From: Octopus sinensis
Taxonomy: Eukaryota
Reading direction: 5' to 3'
NCBI RefSeq assembly: GCF_006345805.1
Contig: NC_043002.1
Coordinates: 31,558,001-31,622,000, forward strand
DNA length: 64,000 nt
Shown here: positions 1 through 13,694 of the stretch, piece by piece
Numbering within the stretch: position 1 is the stretch's first letter
Layout: the number at the start of each line of letters is the position of its first letter
The notes under the pieces: generated by a model
What the model was told of the DNA's origin: nothing
The model's input: only the letters and a program-made list of their open reading frames with translations
Databases searched by the model: none
Made by a program: the position numbers and the translations under genes

Positions 1-16
1 ATTGAGAATTCGCTTA

Positions 17-190
17 AAGCAGCGAGCTAGCAAGCCGCGAAAAATGTTTAGCAGTATTTCGACCGTCTTTACGAATTGAGTTCAAATTCCGGTGAGGTCG
101 ACTTTGTTTTAGTCTTTTTAGAGTGTGATGTTCGACGAAATAAGTACCAGATGAGAACTAGGGCCGATATAATCGACTTAGCCCCTTTCT
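17..190 (+). mobile_element. tRNA-derived SINE family A, degenerate copy
   Basis: Matches the family A pattern seen many times in this window: gagttcaaattcc..gaggtcgactttg...ataagtaccag...aatcgacttagcccc. Confidence 0.75.
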
Positions 191-384
191 CGACACTGGG
201 AGTGGAATATTCTGATTTTATTCAAAATGTCCCCTTCTCAGATTCACACACTTACGACAGCGGTTCTTCAGATTTTCGAATACCTGTAAAAAGGCTCGGA
301 AGGTTGGGCTTCCAGCTAGGCCTTTCGCGAAAACCTTAAATCCAGGAACCGTTCAGAACTCCCATGTGGGTGCAGTTCTTTCGA

Positions 385-515
385 CAGGCTTCTATACAAC
401 GTCCATCTATCCAAATTCACTCACGTGGTTCGGGTAGTAAATGACACTTGCTCAGAACGCCACGCAGTGAGATCGATCCGAAATCTCAAGTTTGCGAATT
501 GAATTTCCTGAGCAC
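385..515 (-). mobile_element. SINE family B, degenerate head
   Basis: ccaaattcactcac...gacacttgctcagaacgccacgcagtgagatcga resembles the reverse complement of the copy at 2914. Confidence 0.55.
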
Positions 516-1328
516 TCAGTCACACCTCCATTCATATGACACACAATAGTAAGGATGTCCTACTGAGTGTTCCATAGTTATCGGAATAGTCATTGTGTTA
601 GTGTTACTATCATAGTGGTTGTTGGTACTGAGGTCATTGCAGTGTAGAGTTGTTGCTATATAAGCTGAAGCCATAGTAGTTGTGTTGATATTTATTGAAT
701 TTATTCTTGACAATCTAGTTATTACTTCTTCAGGTCGAAGCTACTGTTACCGTAATTACAGTAATTCTAATAGTTATGGAAAGTAGTAGCTGTGGTGGGT
801 TTGGTGATGATAATAGTGTATGCGGGGATATGATGGGCAGTAAAATCATTAAAGATGAGTGAGAACACATATTTCAAATATAACGTGTCTGTTTTTTGCC
901 TTCTGATTAATTTTTATATAGTATTTTTGTTATACTTTATACATTAGTTTATTTATTTATTTATTTGTAATTTTCAAATTTAATTTATATTGTTTTCATG
1001 TCCTGGCCATCCATCGTGACTGCAATTAATTACAAAGAGATGAGGGATGCTGTGTTTCCTGGCTTCACTGATGAATAAAAGTGCATATCATTTGCGATTT
1101 CATTCGAAAAAGCAACGAAACCCTTTATTTTTTAATTACTCTATATATCCAATCATATCCATACGTGAATAAGTGTATGGATAATAAACATTCAATCATT
1201 CTGTCAGACCAGGCACCACACTTCCTACATATCACACTATCTCTCCTATACACATATACACACACACAAACACACATATGTTTCTGTGTAATCATATATA
1301 TGGCTGCATACATAATATATATATATAT

Positions 1329-1359
<31 letters not shown>

Positions 1360-1639
1360 GTGTGTGTATGTATGTATGTATATGCATGTATATATATATA
1401 TATGTAATTGTATGTGTGTATGTGTGTAGATTAGTTAGATGAAGGTGTAGATATGCATATTCATAGTGAGAGAGAGAGAGAGAGACGAAGCGGACATATA
1501 GAGAAATACACACAGAGATTTAATTATATGTGTTTACAGACATTATTACTTGCGTAAACAGAGATGGGGAAAAAAATGTCAATTATAATAAGAGTTGATT
1601 TTTGTACAAATTTGTTAAATGCTAAAAATTGATTTCAAA

Positions 1640-2040
1640 TTTTAGTTCAAGGCCGGCAATTTCGGAGGATCGAGTAAGTCACTTATATCGGACCCAGTAC
1701 TCAACTGGTACCTATTCCATCGACCCTTAAAGGAAGTAATGCAAAATTAACTTCGGTGGAATTTGAACTGTGAACGTAAACACAAGCGAAATGCTACCAA
1801 GTGACACCAATTTGTTAAATGCTAAATATCCCTTCTACTAAAAGCACCAAGCCTGATATTTGTGGGGAAGGCGTTAGTCGATTATATCAACCCCAGTGCG
1901 TAACTGATTCTTATTTCATCGACCCCGAAATGATAAAAAGCCTAGTCAACCTCGATGGAGATTGAACTCAGAAAATAACGACAGAAAAAGCCGATAAGCA
2001 TTTTGTCCGGCGTGCTCACGTTTCAGCCGACTCGTAGCCT
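1640..2040 (-). mobile_element. Two adjacent degenerate SINE family A copies (~1640-1800 and ~1845-2040)
   Basis: Two occurrences of the reverse-complement block (aactggtac/aactgattc...atcgaccc...gga.ttgaact). Confidence 0.7.
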
Positions 2041-2329
2041 TCGCTAAATGCTAAATATCAATCAACAATATGCTTGATCAGTAAAAACTAGATATGCAAT
2101 TTAATGCATTTATAATATTGAATACTGTGCGTAGTATCGTGACAATTCCAGGTACGTTTGAGGCTGTGGACGTATACAGCAAAGGATGGTTCAAACAGTG
2201 CAAATCATAGAATGATTAAAATATAATTGCATGTTTCTGAATTAACTATAGGCGTCACTGTACATTAAAAGAATGGCTATACATACATTATGCATACATA
2301 CATATTTATACAGACACACACACATATAT

Positions 2330-2382
<53 letters not shown>

Positions 2383-2473
2383 TATATATATATACACATA
2401 TATAACATATATATACATATATATATATATATACGTATATATATATGTGCATATATATATATGTATATATATA

Positions 2474-2506
<33 letters not shown>

Positions 2507-2913
2507 ATGTATGTATATATATGTGTGTGTGTGTGTGTAAAATTTAAAATAAGCAGAAAATGGAGAAACCCTTTGATCAACAAACAAACAAATTGACCAA
2601 CATCGGTTATTTATTTTTTAATGCAAAACATAACGTTTCTTACAACCGTTTCGTCTATCAATGTCAATCGGTGCATACAAAGAAAATTCCATAGATAATA
2701 TTCGTCATCTTTATAGCACATTCTATCTAGTAAATGGAGCTTCATCGTCGTGAATACAAATACATAAAATAAAAGAAGGGAAGAGAGAAGAGGAAAGAAC
2801 AAGGCCTCGAAGTGAGGCCAGAAGGCTCAATATATTAGAATCATATCATTTTGGAGTGTGGAGCTTGATGTCGATAGGCAAAAGAGTAAACTAGCAAATA
2901 AACTAGGGATATA

Positions 2914-3323
2914 GGCGCAGGAGTGGCTGTGTGGTAAGTAGCTTGCTTACCAACCACATGGTTCCGGGTTCAGTCCCACTGCGTGGAATCTTGGGCAAGT
3001 GTCTTCTGCTATAGCTCCGGGCCGACCAATGCCTTGTGAGTGGATTTGGTAGACGGAAACTGAAGAAGCCTGTCGTATATATGTATATATATATGTGTGT
3101 GTGTGTTTGTGTGTTTGTGTTTGTCCCCCTAGCATTGCTTGACAACCGATGCTGGTGTGTTTACGTCCCCGTCACTTAGCGGTTCGGTAAAAGAGACGAT
3201 AGAATAAGTACTGGGCTTACAAAGAATAAGTTCCGGGGTCGATTTGCTCGACTAAAGGCGGTGCTCCAGCATGGCCGCAGTCAAATGACTGAAACAAGTA
3301 AAAGAGTAAAAGAGTAAAAGAGT
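2914..3323 (+). mobile_element. Full-length composite SINE family B: tRNA-like head, internal (TA)/(TG) microsatellite, LINE-like tail
   Basis: Head ggcgcaggagtggctgtgtggtaag...ggttccgggttcagtccc (A/B-box-like). The tail is ggcggtgctccagcatggccgcagtc followed by (aagagtaa)n. A near-identical inverted copy lies at 23571-24010. Confidence 0.85.
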
Positions 3324-3388
3324 ATATAATTTGTGGGTTATCACTTTATATAGGGGTTCCAGGGTGTATAAAAAATAGTAAAAGAAAG

Positions 3389-3390
<2 letters not shown>

Positions 3391-3419
<29 letters not shown>

Positions 3420-3928
3420 ATTTGGCTCAAAAGCAAATAGCAAGGCCATGCAGGGGGACATGGAGTTAAGTAAAGGGCGGTGTTCATGTAAAGAGTTCAG
3501 GGCACTTGAGGTCCAGGGAGGCTTTGAACAAAGCGGTCGTCGGCATCTTCACCATCTCGTCTGGCAGCTTGTTCCACGGATCCGCAACCCGGACAGAGAA
3601 AGCTCCTCTCCTTCGATTGAGATGAAATCGTCGCAGGTAGAGCTTTTCGGAATAACCCCGCAGCCGACGCTCTGGAGCAGGAGTGAAGAACAGCTCTTTT
3701 GAGAGGTTACACTTTCTGCTTATGATGTTGTGGGCGAGAATGAGATCACCACGGCGGCGGCGTTTTTCAAGAGAATAAAGGTCGAGCGTCCTCAGCCTTT
3801 CTTCGTAGGACAAATTTTTGAGACCATGCACCATGCGGGTAGCCAGCTTCTGGACTCTTTCGAGATGCTGTATGTATGAGAAGAGGCTTGAATCCCATAG
3901 TCCAATATGGGTCTCACCAGCGTGACAT
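3391..3928 (-). mobile_element. 5'-truncated CR1-like LINE, C-terminal ORF2 fragment with (TAAC)n tail
   Basis: ORF 3484-3834 and upstream read LERVQKLATRMVHGLKNLSYEERLRTLDLYSLEKRRRRGDLI...FSVRVADPWNKLP, the CR1 ORF2 C-terminal pattern. Confidence 0.9.
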
Positions 3929-4333
3929 AGAGTGGTAGGAATATGGCTGTTAGATAGAGCTAGAGTAAAACAGGAATCGCCAATATGTCTAGAAAATGGA
4001 TAGCATTTATGATTTCGTAAAAGTAGCTAATTAATATTTATCTAAAACCAAACCCATGACCTTTTTATAATGGTGTACTTATTGAAATATTCTAGAGATC
4101 AACCACCTGTTGTCCGCAATGGGATTGACCTATTGAACGGATATTCTTATCCCTTAGACGGTTATTCCAACTGTTAACTCTGCTTGCTTTATTTATACAG
4201 GCCAACGAACAAGAGCAAAATTATATGAAATCCTTCCTCCCTGAAACAATCAAATAAAATTAACTAAGTATCCACTATATTTCTTTTCCATATACTTATA
4301 TAATACTAACTTTACACACACACACACGCACGC

Positions 4334-5623
4334 ACGAGGGGGTGCTGATAAAGTTCGTAGCTTTTAGAGTATAGGGAAAGGTAGAACTGTTACTTTTACA
4401 GGGTGGGTTAGGACAAGTATTTAAGAGAAATTTTGCAATAAAAAAAATCACGATTGTATGCAATGTATATTTCTCTTTATTGACGTTTTGACACATAACA
4501 ACAGATTCTACAGTGGAGTTTAGTAAAATTGAAGTAAGCGCGGTCATGAAGTTCCTCTTTTTGCAAGGCAAGAGACTGATTTGCAATCCATGGCGAGATG
4601 AAGGAAGTCATCAAGGTTGGTTACCTATCTTACTCCACAATGAAAACCTGAGTTTCGTGGTTTCAGACAGGTTATTTCGAGATCACAGATGAACGCCAGT
4701 CCGGGCGACCAACTTCCACGACCACAGACGGCAAGACAGACGATGTGCACGTCATGATTCTCAAGGGCCACTGGATTTCAGCTGAAGTCATAGCCGAGAT
4801 TCTGAAGATTTTCCGCTAATTAATTTGCTACAACAACCATAAAATTCATGATATGTGAAAGCTTTCCACAAAATGGGTGCCGAAATGCCTCAACCCAGAT
4901 CAGAAGCGCATGAGTGTGACGATATCAATGGCGCTTTTTGAAGCGGTTTGCAGCGGGAGAGGCTGATTAGTCGAAATTTGTTTAGTCGAAACTTGGTTTC
5001 ATGATTATGATCTCCAGAGCAAGTACCAATGAATGGTGTGGCGCCAAAATGGTTCACATGGAAGAAGTTTTGGATCCAGGAGTCAGCTGGAAAGATTTTG
5101 GCTCCAATGTTTTGGGGCAAAGACGAAGAACTCCTCATAATATACTTGTCAAAGTGTCGTACCATCAACGCAGAATACTACATATCTCTGCTGAATGAAC
5201 AGCGTGATGCTTTGAAGTAGAAATTCTGTGGAAATCTGAACCGTGATATCCTGTTTTTGCAAGACAGGGCACCAGCATACACAGCACATAAAACCTTGCG
5301 GAAAATACGCGACTTTGGCTTCAAGTTGGTTGACCACCCACCTTGCTCTCCAGACTTGGCCCCATGCCAACTATCTCCTCTTTCCACAACTGAAAAAAAA
5401 AACATCTCAAGGACATGAAATTTAACTGCGATTCCGAAGTGATCCACCCTACAGCGGCCTGGCTGGAAGTCTAACCTTGCGAGCTCTTTTTACAGGGCTT
5501 ACAGGAGGTTTGCTTCAATAAAAGTACAAATCTGAGAGGGGAATATGTTGAGTAAAATCATAATTAACTGATCTTTCTGTATTTTCTTTCCCCCAAAGCC
5601 AGGAATATTTCAGTACCCTCTCG
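4334..5623 (+). mobile_element. Degenerate full-length mariner (DD34D-type) transposon
   Basis: Imperfect TIRs (acgagggggtgctgataaagttcgtagcttt / aaagccaggaatatttcagtaccctctcg, then TA). Frameshifted transposase motifs: WVPKCL, ETWFHDYD, SAGKILAPMFWG, QDRAPA, SPDLAP. Confidence 0.9.
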
Positions 5624-5815
5624 TAGGTATATATGATGATGATATATTATTAGTAGTAATAATATTGACAGCGACTTTGCAGTTTCGACCAGCTAAGCCA
5701 TAATCGGACTGTCAATAACTTTCTGTTAATATATATACTCAACCAGATACAGTGAGTAATCATTAAATCTAATGTAAAACTCCTTTTATTATAACACATA
5801 CACACACACACACAC

Positions 5816-5878
<63 letters not shown>

Positions 5879-7757
5879 GTATATGTATATGCTTAATGTG
5901 TGATTATAGATGTTTGCATGCACAAATCACTATATTAATAATGTATATATGACAGATATGTCTATCATATAAATGGCTGATATAAAACATTGACGACACG
6001 TAGACGTAGATATATTTTATTTTATTTAACCATCTCTCCTATTATGAATGATTCGTGACTCGAGAATTTAAAATTTGCACGCTTGTAACATTTAGCAACT
6101 AGTTCTAAATTCAAAGAGAGTATTTTTTTAGTTAGGGTTTGTTTTTATTAAGTAATGAGGAAGCTAATCAATTTATTTATCTTTCAACCCACCCCGCTTT
6201 TCATTTTCTTTGAATCTTATTTTTCTTAGACGCGACATTCGGAGACCAGCATGTAGTGAATTTTGCAGACATTAACCTCCTCATAAACAGAAGTGTCTCT
6301 ACCATAGGACACCAAATACGATTATAGTCAGGTTCTAAATTGGTCCGGTGGTTCTGCAATCCCGAAACAACATAGTGTAAGCTAGCTTTCTCTAGTCTTA
6401 TAGCGAAAACTCCTACTCACCGTATTTTTGAACGATAGCATCCACCTTCTTGTGACCACTTCTTAATTTTTACGCATCTAGATATTTTGTCTTATCTAGT
6501 AGCCAAGCACTTTAACTGCAACAAGACAAATAACAGTCGAATGTGGACTTGTTTCTCTGGGTGCCAAACTGCAGGGTCATTGATTCAACCTATTTAATGC
6601 ATACCACCCATATCTTTCATAAAACTTCTAGAACGATATCATTCCGATTTCGGGAAAGCTCAATAACTTGAAAGTAGCAAAAGACCGCTGATAAACGACT
6701 CTCATCTTCGAATGGGTAGCACATACTCCCTTCTGTCCAACAAAGATCTAAGCTACATATGCCCATCAAATGGTACTCACACCTGTATTTCTCTGAGTTT
6801 GCGCTAGGACCTAACAATGCATGGTCCGGCACCATTTTCGATACGAGGACGTCGAAGGCGATGACTTGTGTCATCATTTCTTGTAATCGCTTAACGAGTT
6901 CTTTCCTTATTTTAATATTTTCTAATTCCAGTATCTTAATATCGTCATAACATAAAATAGTGAAGTTTCATCGTCTCTAATTGTCATCCAACATCATTGC
7001 CACAATGTAAACAGCTATTATTCTTAACTGCATCACCTACACTGCCACTACCATCACAAACACCATCACCATCTCAGAGATTAGAAGCATCAACACTATG
7101 ATAATTCTCATTGTATTCATAACATCGATGATGGTGAGGGGGGTATGCAGTGTTCGTTATAGCGTCGGAGATGGGTGTTTAAGTACAAGTGTGACATGTA
7201 GTGATTCTTCAGCCTGGCTTAGTTTTGTGTGTCGTAGGAGGGATGAGAATGAAATATAGTGTAGCAGGGGCAGTGTTTTGCTGTGCTACTGGGGTGTGGT
7301 GCGGCTTGATGGTGTAGCTGAAAGTTCTCAAGCCATTATATGAGACGCAAACATTAATGTCAAAACTATAAGTCATCATATTAAAAATGACTAAATCATC
7401 GCTCCGTCGTCTTTTATTTTATTGTGAAATAAGAATCGGGGTTGCGAAAGGTGGCTGATAGACAACACAATAAAGACATCTGTTTCTGGGACATTGGGTT
7501 AAATCTCTTGTCTGCAGTCTCACTTGTCATTGGTCCATTCAATAGAGTTAGTGGATACGCCGCACACTTCTCTATATTTCTGCCATGTCTGCACAGATCT
7601 GCGCATCGCAATATCACAGTGATTGCGTGTGCTGCTGGCTATTGTAACAGAAGTAGTAGACGCAACGAGTTGTGCATATAGTATACACACTCCATTATTG
7701 CTGCATCTCTGCTGATACAGAAATATATATATGTATATATATATGTGTGTGTGTGTG

Positions 7758-7856
<99 letters not shown>

Positions 7857-7974
7857 ATATGTATGTGTGTGTGTGCGTGTCTGTGTTTACATATATATGT
7901 ATATGTTCGTGTATATATATGCATACACACACAGAGAGGCATATATGCACCTGTACACTGCACGAGTACACAAA

Positions 7975-8065
<91 letters not shown>

Positions 8066-8442
8066 TGTGATGGAGACAATATTCGCACATATACACGCAT
8101 ATGTATACTACATGCATATACTATAAACTCTTAGTAGACGTTTAATATATGTCCATATTCACGTAGCTATGAACCTGTTAATAGTCATTGATGAACATGC
8201 GGACCCACTTACACTTTATAAAACGTTTGACATATGTTTACATACACACACATACATATATGTATATATGCATGTATATATATATTTATACATACATATA
8301 TACATATATTTATATATATATATATATAATTATACATGCATACATGCATACATACATACATACATACATACATACATACATACATACATACATACATACA
8401 TACATGTATGCATACATGCATACATATATATATATCTTTTTT

Positions 8443-8668
8443 AAAGTTTCAGCTCAGAGCTGCGGCCATGCTGATGCACCGCCGTTTTGCCCTACACAGT
8501 TATTACTAGGAGCCTTCTCTAATATGTGGCACTTGATGAAGAATGGAGTCTGATATAGCTACCCTCATTTGCACTTCTTGCCGTGTGGTAGGCTCATCGG
8601 GGACTCTCGACAGGAAGAAGTTCAGCTTTCATTTAAAATCCCCTACATCTACTTTGTGCAAGTTCCTC
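8443..8668 (-). mobile_element. CR1-like LINE extreme 3' fragment
   Basis: The minus strand reads, with stops, VDVG.FK.KLNFFLSRVPDEPTTRQEVQMRVAISDSILHQV, then the 3' UTR ggcggtgcatcagcatggccgcagctctgagctgaaac. Confidence 0.7.
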
Positions 8669-8747
8669 AGACTCTTTGGGAGAGAATGATATTAGTATGC
8701 AGACTCTTTGGGAGAGAACAATATTAGTATGCATATATATATATATA

Positions 8748-9617
8748 AAAGTATACGGACTATTGCCATAGTAATATAGCTAAAGCACGCTGAAGGAAGC
8801 TGCTTGGTGCAGAATGACTATGACCTCTGCTGTGCATGCGCAATAAGTTTTAAGGTCCTAGCTCACTTCCGCTGTTTACAGCAGCGCTTTGAATAAAGGT
8901 GTGTGACGTGTGATCGTCGCATTGACTACGACAGAGAATGTTGAGTAGAGAATCTGCACAAAATTTTGCCAAAATCTTCACGATATCTGTTCACAGGCCT
9001 ACGCAGTTTTCGAAAAGTTCTCATTGTTCTCGACACAATCAATGAGATCTTGTGCAACTGAAACCCGAGTGTCTTTTTGGCCAGCTGAAGGCAGTTCTGG
9101 TACAAGCTTGGCAGACATACGTGTCTTACCTCAGTCCTCAGGGATAATGGACCACTGAACTGGACCGTAAGTAATTTTCTCATCCTCCGATAACTCATGG
9201 ATTGTGATTCAACGAAATTTCCCTCACAGCTGCACCCATATCTGCGATGCTTTTCTCAGTTCTGCTGGTTGCGGGTCTCCTAAAAGGTTCGTGTACATCG
9301 ACATTTTTTGGCAATCTTTGAAACGTCTGAACCATTCGTACACTTCTGTGCGGCTCATACACTCCTCTTCATATATTTTCTCCAACTTTGCGTAAGCCTC
9401 TGAGCAAGTATCGCGATGACAACTATCTCAGTCATAGTCAATGCGACGATCATACGTTACACACCTTTATTCCAAGCACTGTTGTCAATAGAGGAGGTGA
9501 ACTAGAACGTTTCAAACTTAATGCGCATGCACAGCAGAGTTCAAGGTCAATTTGTGCCAAGCGTGCTTTAAGTTTGTTACTATGGCAACAGTCCGGATAC
9601 TTATTGATCAGACATTG
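8748..9617. mobile_element. Palindromic mariner deletion derivative with two inverted 5' ends
   Basis: About 8748-8990 is an inverted copy of about 9370-9600. The minus strand carries degenerate N-terminal transposase (YEWFRRFK, AKLVPEL). The right end is cagacattg followed by TA. Confidence 0.8.
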
Positions 9618-10404
9618 TATAAATATATCTAAGTGTGAACATATTTTCATATGCACACGCATGAATATGAATGTACAGATATAAGCGAATGCCTTCAATG
9701 AGACTCAAACGAAGACAAACACACATATATCCCATGATCCATTCCGCGTGGTTGGTATTATGACCAAAATATAGCGAGTTTTCCTACCTAACACACCGCT
9801 GACCTACACATCATTACTTTTCCACCATCACCATACTCCGGTATTCCACCATATTTTACACGCACGCAAGCACACACTTACACTCAAATACACACACACA
9901 CATACACCACACATCGTTATGACTCCTACATACGACCTCTCCCCACTCACATTCACCTATCATCCATCTAGCACGTGACCGCACAGTCTTCTATTGTCAC
10001 CGATTATCGGGATCAAGATTGTGTTTTATTGCTAGATTTTTAATCGCTCTATCCTTTATGATAATTCCTGTGACCTTTTTATTATTGCACGATAAATTGT
10101 TTGTTGGTGTTATTAAACGATGATGCTATTGTTGTTTGTAATATTGCGTTTGTTGCTGTTCTTCTTTTTTCCTTTTGACAGTATTGGCGTTGTTGTTGTT
10201 GGTGTTCTTGTTGTCTATACGGCTTTATGAAAGCGGAATAAATGAAATATGTCTCTGTCTCATTTATTTCATCCCTTGTCACACGACGACCCGATACATT
10301 AGCGCGGACAAATAGCCAACTTCTTAACTGCTGGCTTATTGTACGTAATATTATGGTTGCCGTGAATTGAACCGTCACACCGATTGTTTTTGGCAAGAGA
10401 ACAT

Positions 10405-10423
10405 GAACTACTACTACTACTAT

Positions 10424-10492
<69 letters not shown>

Positions 10493-10505
10493 GATGCTGC
10501 TGCTG

Positions 10506-10555
<50 letters not shown>

Positions 10556-10615
10556 ACTACTATTACCACTACTACTACTGCCACTACTACTATGACTACT
10601 ACCACAACTGCTACT
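10405..10615. repeat. Compound (CTA)n/(CTG)n microsatellite
   Basis: Direct reading of the sequence. Confidence 0.95.
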
Positions 10616-10790
10616 GTGGATTGGGGTCTGTCATACTGAATGCACTGAGAGCCTAATCACTTTATATATACCGTGTATAATACGATGTATAAGGCACCTT
10701 TTGTATTACGCCACGGCAATCATCACATCCAGAACTCCATCGTATACGCACGCACTCACACATACACACACACGCGCGCACGCACACACG

Positions 10791-10825
<35 letters not shown>

Positions 10826-10957
10826 ATATGTTCCAGATAAAATATTGTGTAATCTCATGCACAATTGTTTTTATAAGTTAGCAAAAAGTCAGACGTTTAT
10901 ATATAAATACACACACATACACACACAAACACACACATACACCACACACACACACAC

Positions 10958-11036
<79 letters not shown>

Positions 11037-12320
11037 CACACACGTAAAGATATACGTATATACAAATCATTTTCCTAAGTAGCATGTTATGGGCTTAGGC
11101 AAAGATTTGACTTCCATTTCTAACTTAAGAAGCGCTCATATACAGTATCTTTCGTTATAAAAGTCTAGCTGAAAATAGGTTGCATGTATCTCTGACTATT
11201 TACTGCTGTATTAAAATGGAATGAAAATTTATTACGACAGTTATTCGAAAGGGAATTCGCACGGATAGGGAAGAATATAAATCGTAATTTACAAAGGAGC
11301 TAAAGCTACAGTAACAATACAGAAAATATTTTAGGTGTAGCCTAGATGGACCTTGTGATGTTTGTATTAATGCTGCTACATCTCCTTTTAACTTTGCAAA
11401 TGATTTTCCGTTATTATTATCATTTATTTTGTAAGATATCACGTGTTATTTCTGCGTGACCTTAAACAATGTTTTGTAACTTTGAGGCATCTTCTTGTAA
11501 CTCTTATGGCGTATCGTGATAACCATGTGTTATAATACCTAAAAGGGGATAGGAAGACGTCATAAAACTATATGTGATAAACACAGGATGAGTTAAAAAC
11601 CGATGGAAATTTCTCCAGGTTATATTAAAAAGTTTGAAATGAAAGCTGTTACACAATATGTTCAGGAGAAGAAAAACTTCAAGAAAATATTATATAAATA
11701 GATGAAAGTGGTAAGCAGAAGAAAAAACAAGTGAAAGAAAATAATTGAGAAGTGGGGGAAAGGATAGATAAAGGGCAAAAGTAAGGCTATAAGACGAAAG
11801 AACATTGAGCAATGAAATGAAGACAGTACAAAAGAAAATAGAAGTGAAGAGAAAATCGACAACAAATTAAAGAACAAGTCTAAGGAACAGAATGAGATTC
11901 GAAGATATCATAATATTATCTGAAGAAAAAAAAAGAAAGAAGAGAAAGTTTTCTTGTAACAATCAAAGTAAATGGGGTGAAAATTGTAAGGAAAAGTAGA
12001 AAAAGCAGGAATACAGAAATATATAAGCAGGTCGTAACTTGCAAATGACTTGCAATATATCAATAAATGTTCATATAGTTACTAATGACATCCTCTGTTA
12101 GATTCGCTGATCTTCGAGATCTTCCATCACATGCCTGCAAATCTGTCACAAATGTGTGTATGTGTGTGTGTGTTTGTGTGTCTGTATGTGTTTGTGTGTG
12201 TGTTTGTGTGTGAGGAGGGCTGCATGGGCGCCTTTTTGTGTTTGTGCATGTAATCAAAACATAAAGAAGAATTGTGTATTTTCAAGAATAATTTAATTAC
12301 ATTATTATTCTCATCAAAAA

Positions 12321-12495
12321 GGCGGCGAGTTGGCAGAATCGTTAGAGCGCTGGGCAAAATGCGTAGCAGCATTTCGTCCGTCTTTACGATCTGAGTTTGT
12401 ATTCCACCGAGGTCGACTTTGACTTTCACCATTTTGGAGTCGATAAATTAAGTACCAGTGAAACACTAGGCCGATGTAACGGATTAGTCCCCTTC
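12321..12495 (+). mobile_element. SINE family A
   Basis: ggcggcgagttggcagaatcgttagagcgctgggcaaaatgc...gaggtcgactttg...ataaattaagtaccag. Confidence 0.85.
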
Positions 12496-12986
12496 CCAAA
12501 CTTTCAAGCCTTTTGCCCTCAGGACATAGGATTATTATTCTCGTTCAAGCTCAATCTGACGAGTTTTTCTTCTGGATAAGTGACATAGTGACGTTTCATC
12601 TGGCATTATGTTCATTTAGTGGATTCATTTGTAGTACATAAGCAGCTTTGTTCAGTTGTTTCACCCATTCAAGTATATGAGGTGAACTAAGTATTCAAGT
12701 TTTTGCTAGTCGTTCTTAATGTATGTTCGAGGCGACAGTATGTTTAAGTGAGACAAAAACTATAGTCATATCGCTTTTCAACTCAAACCCTACTACCCTG
12801 TACACAGAAGTTTTATGATCCCTCTCCAAGAATATACTTGAATAAGAACTAAATTCAAACTATATTCCTGGTTTCTCGCTAATTAGTACAATATGTATAC
12901 GTGTTTGTGTGTATTCAAGCCCTTGTGTGTGGATTAAGTACACGGAAATTGAAAGAAGCCCGCCGGATATATATATATATATATAT

Positions 12987-13324
12987 AAAGGTAAAGACCC
13001 CCTTCGGTCATGAATGACCATGGGATTGCACCTAAAAAGTTACCCTCCTAGACACAAGTCCGGGCAAGGTTGTTTATGGAAGACCAGCAGTCGCCCATGC
13101 ATACCAGCCTCCCCTCTCCACGCCACCAGTTTTATCCAAGGGAAAGACAAAGGTCGATACAGCTTGGCACCTGTGACGTCGCAACTCATTTCTACAGCTG
13201 AGTGAACTGGAGAAACGTGAAATAAAGTGCCTTGCTCAAGAACACAACACGCAGCCCGGTCCGGGATTCGAGCTCACAACCTCACGATCGTAAGCTCGAC
13301 GCTCTAACCACTGAGCCATGCGCC
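12987..13324 (-). mobile_element. SINE family C with tRNA-Arg(ACG)-like head
   Basis: The minus strand reads ggcgcatggctcagtggttagagcgtcgagcttacgatcgtgaggttgtgagctcgaatcccgg, ending at ...gaccgaagggggtctttacc. A second copy lies at 17349. Confidence 0.9.
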
Positions 13325-13373
<49 letters not shown>

Positions 13374-13423
13374 CATATATATATATAATATATAAACATA
13401 TATATATATATACATACATACAT

Positions 13424-13470
<47 letters not shown>

Positions 13471-13694
13471 CATATATGTAATAATATAAGTAAGATTCAG
13501 TTGAATTAGGTACTTAAATTTGAGGCACTTCGTTAGGTCGGAATAATATCTACACACAACAATCAAATATGATACATAAGTACCAGCCGAATGATATTCA
13601 TGCAGTGTATGTAGACTATTCTATCCAGATGAGTAAAGGAATTAGCTCTTGAGGTATTCCGGCATGTACATTATATTAAATATGCAGTCCATAA

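Noticed and set aside
4140-4210. YPLDG-like fragment, and a similar CSLDGPC near 11340, resembling the PLE linker
   Set aside because: Too short and degenerate to call.
6540-6950. Possible LINE endonuclease fragment on the minus strand
   Set aside because: No diagnostic motif could be read with confidence.
7606-7627. Hairpin containing CAGUG (IRE-like)
   Set aside because: The upper stem does not pair in IRE register and there is no mRNA context.
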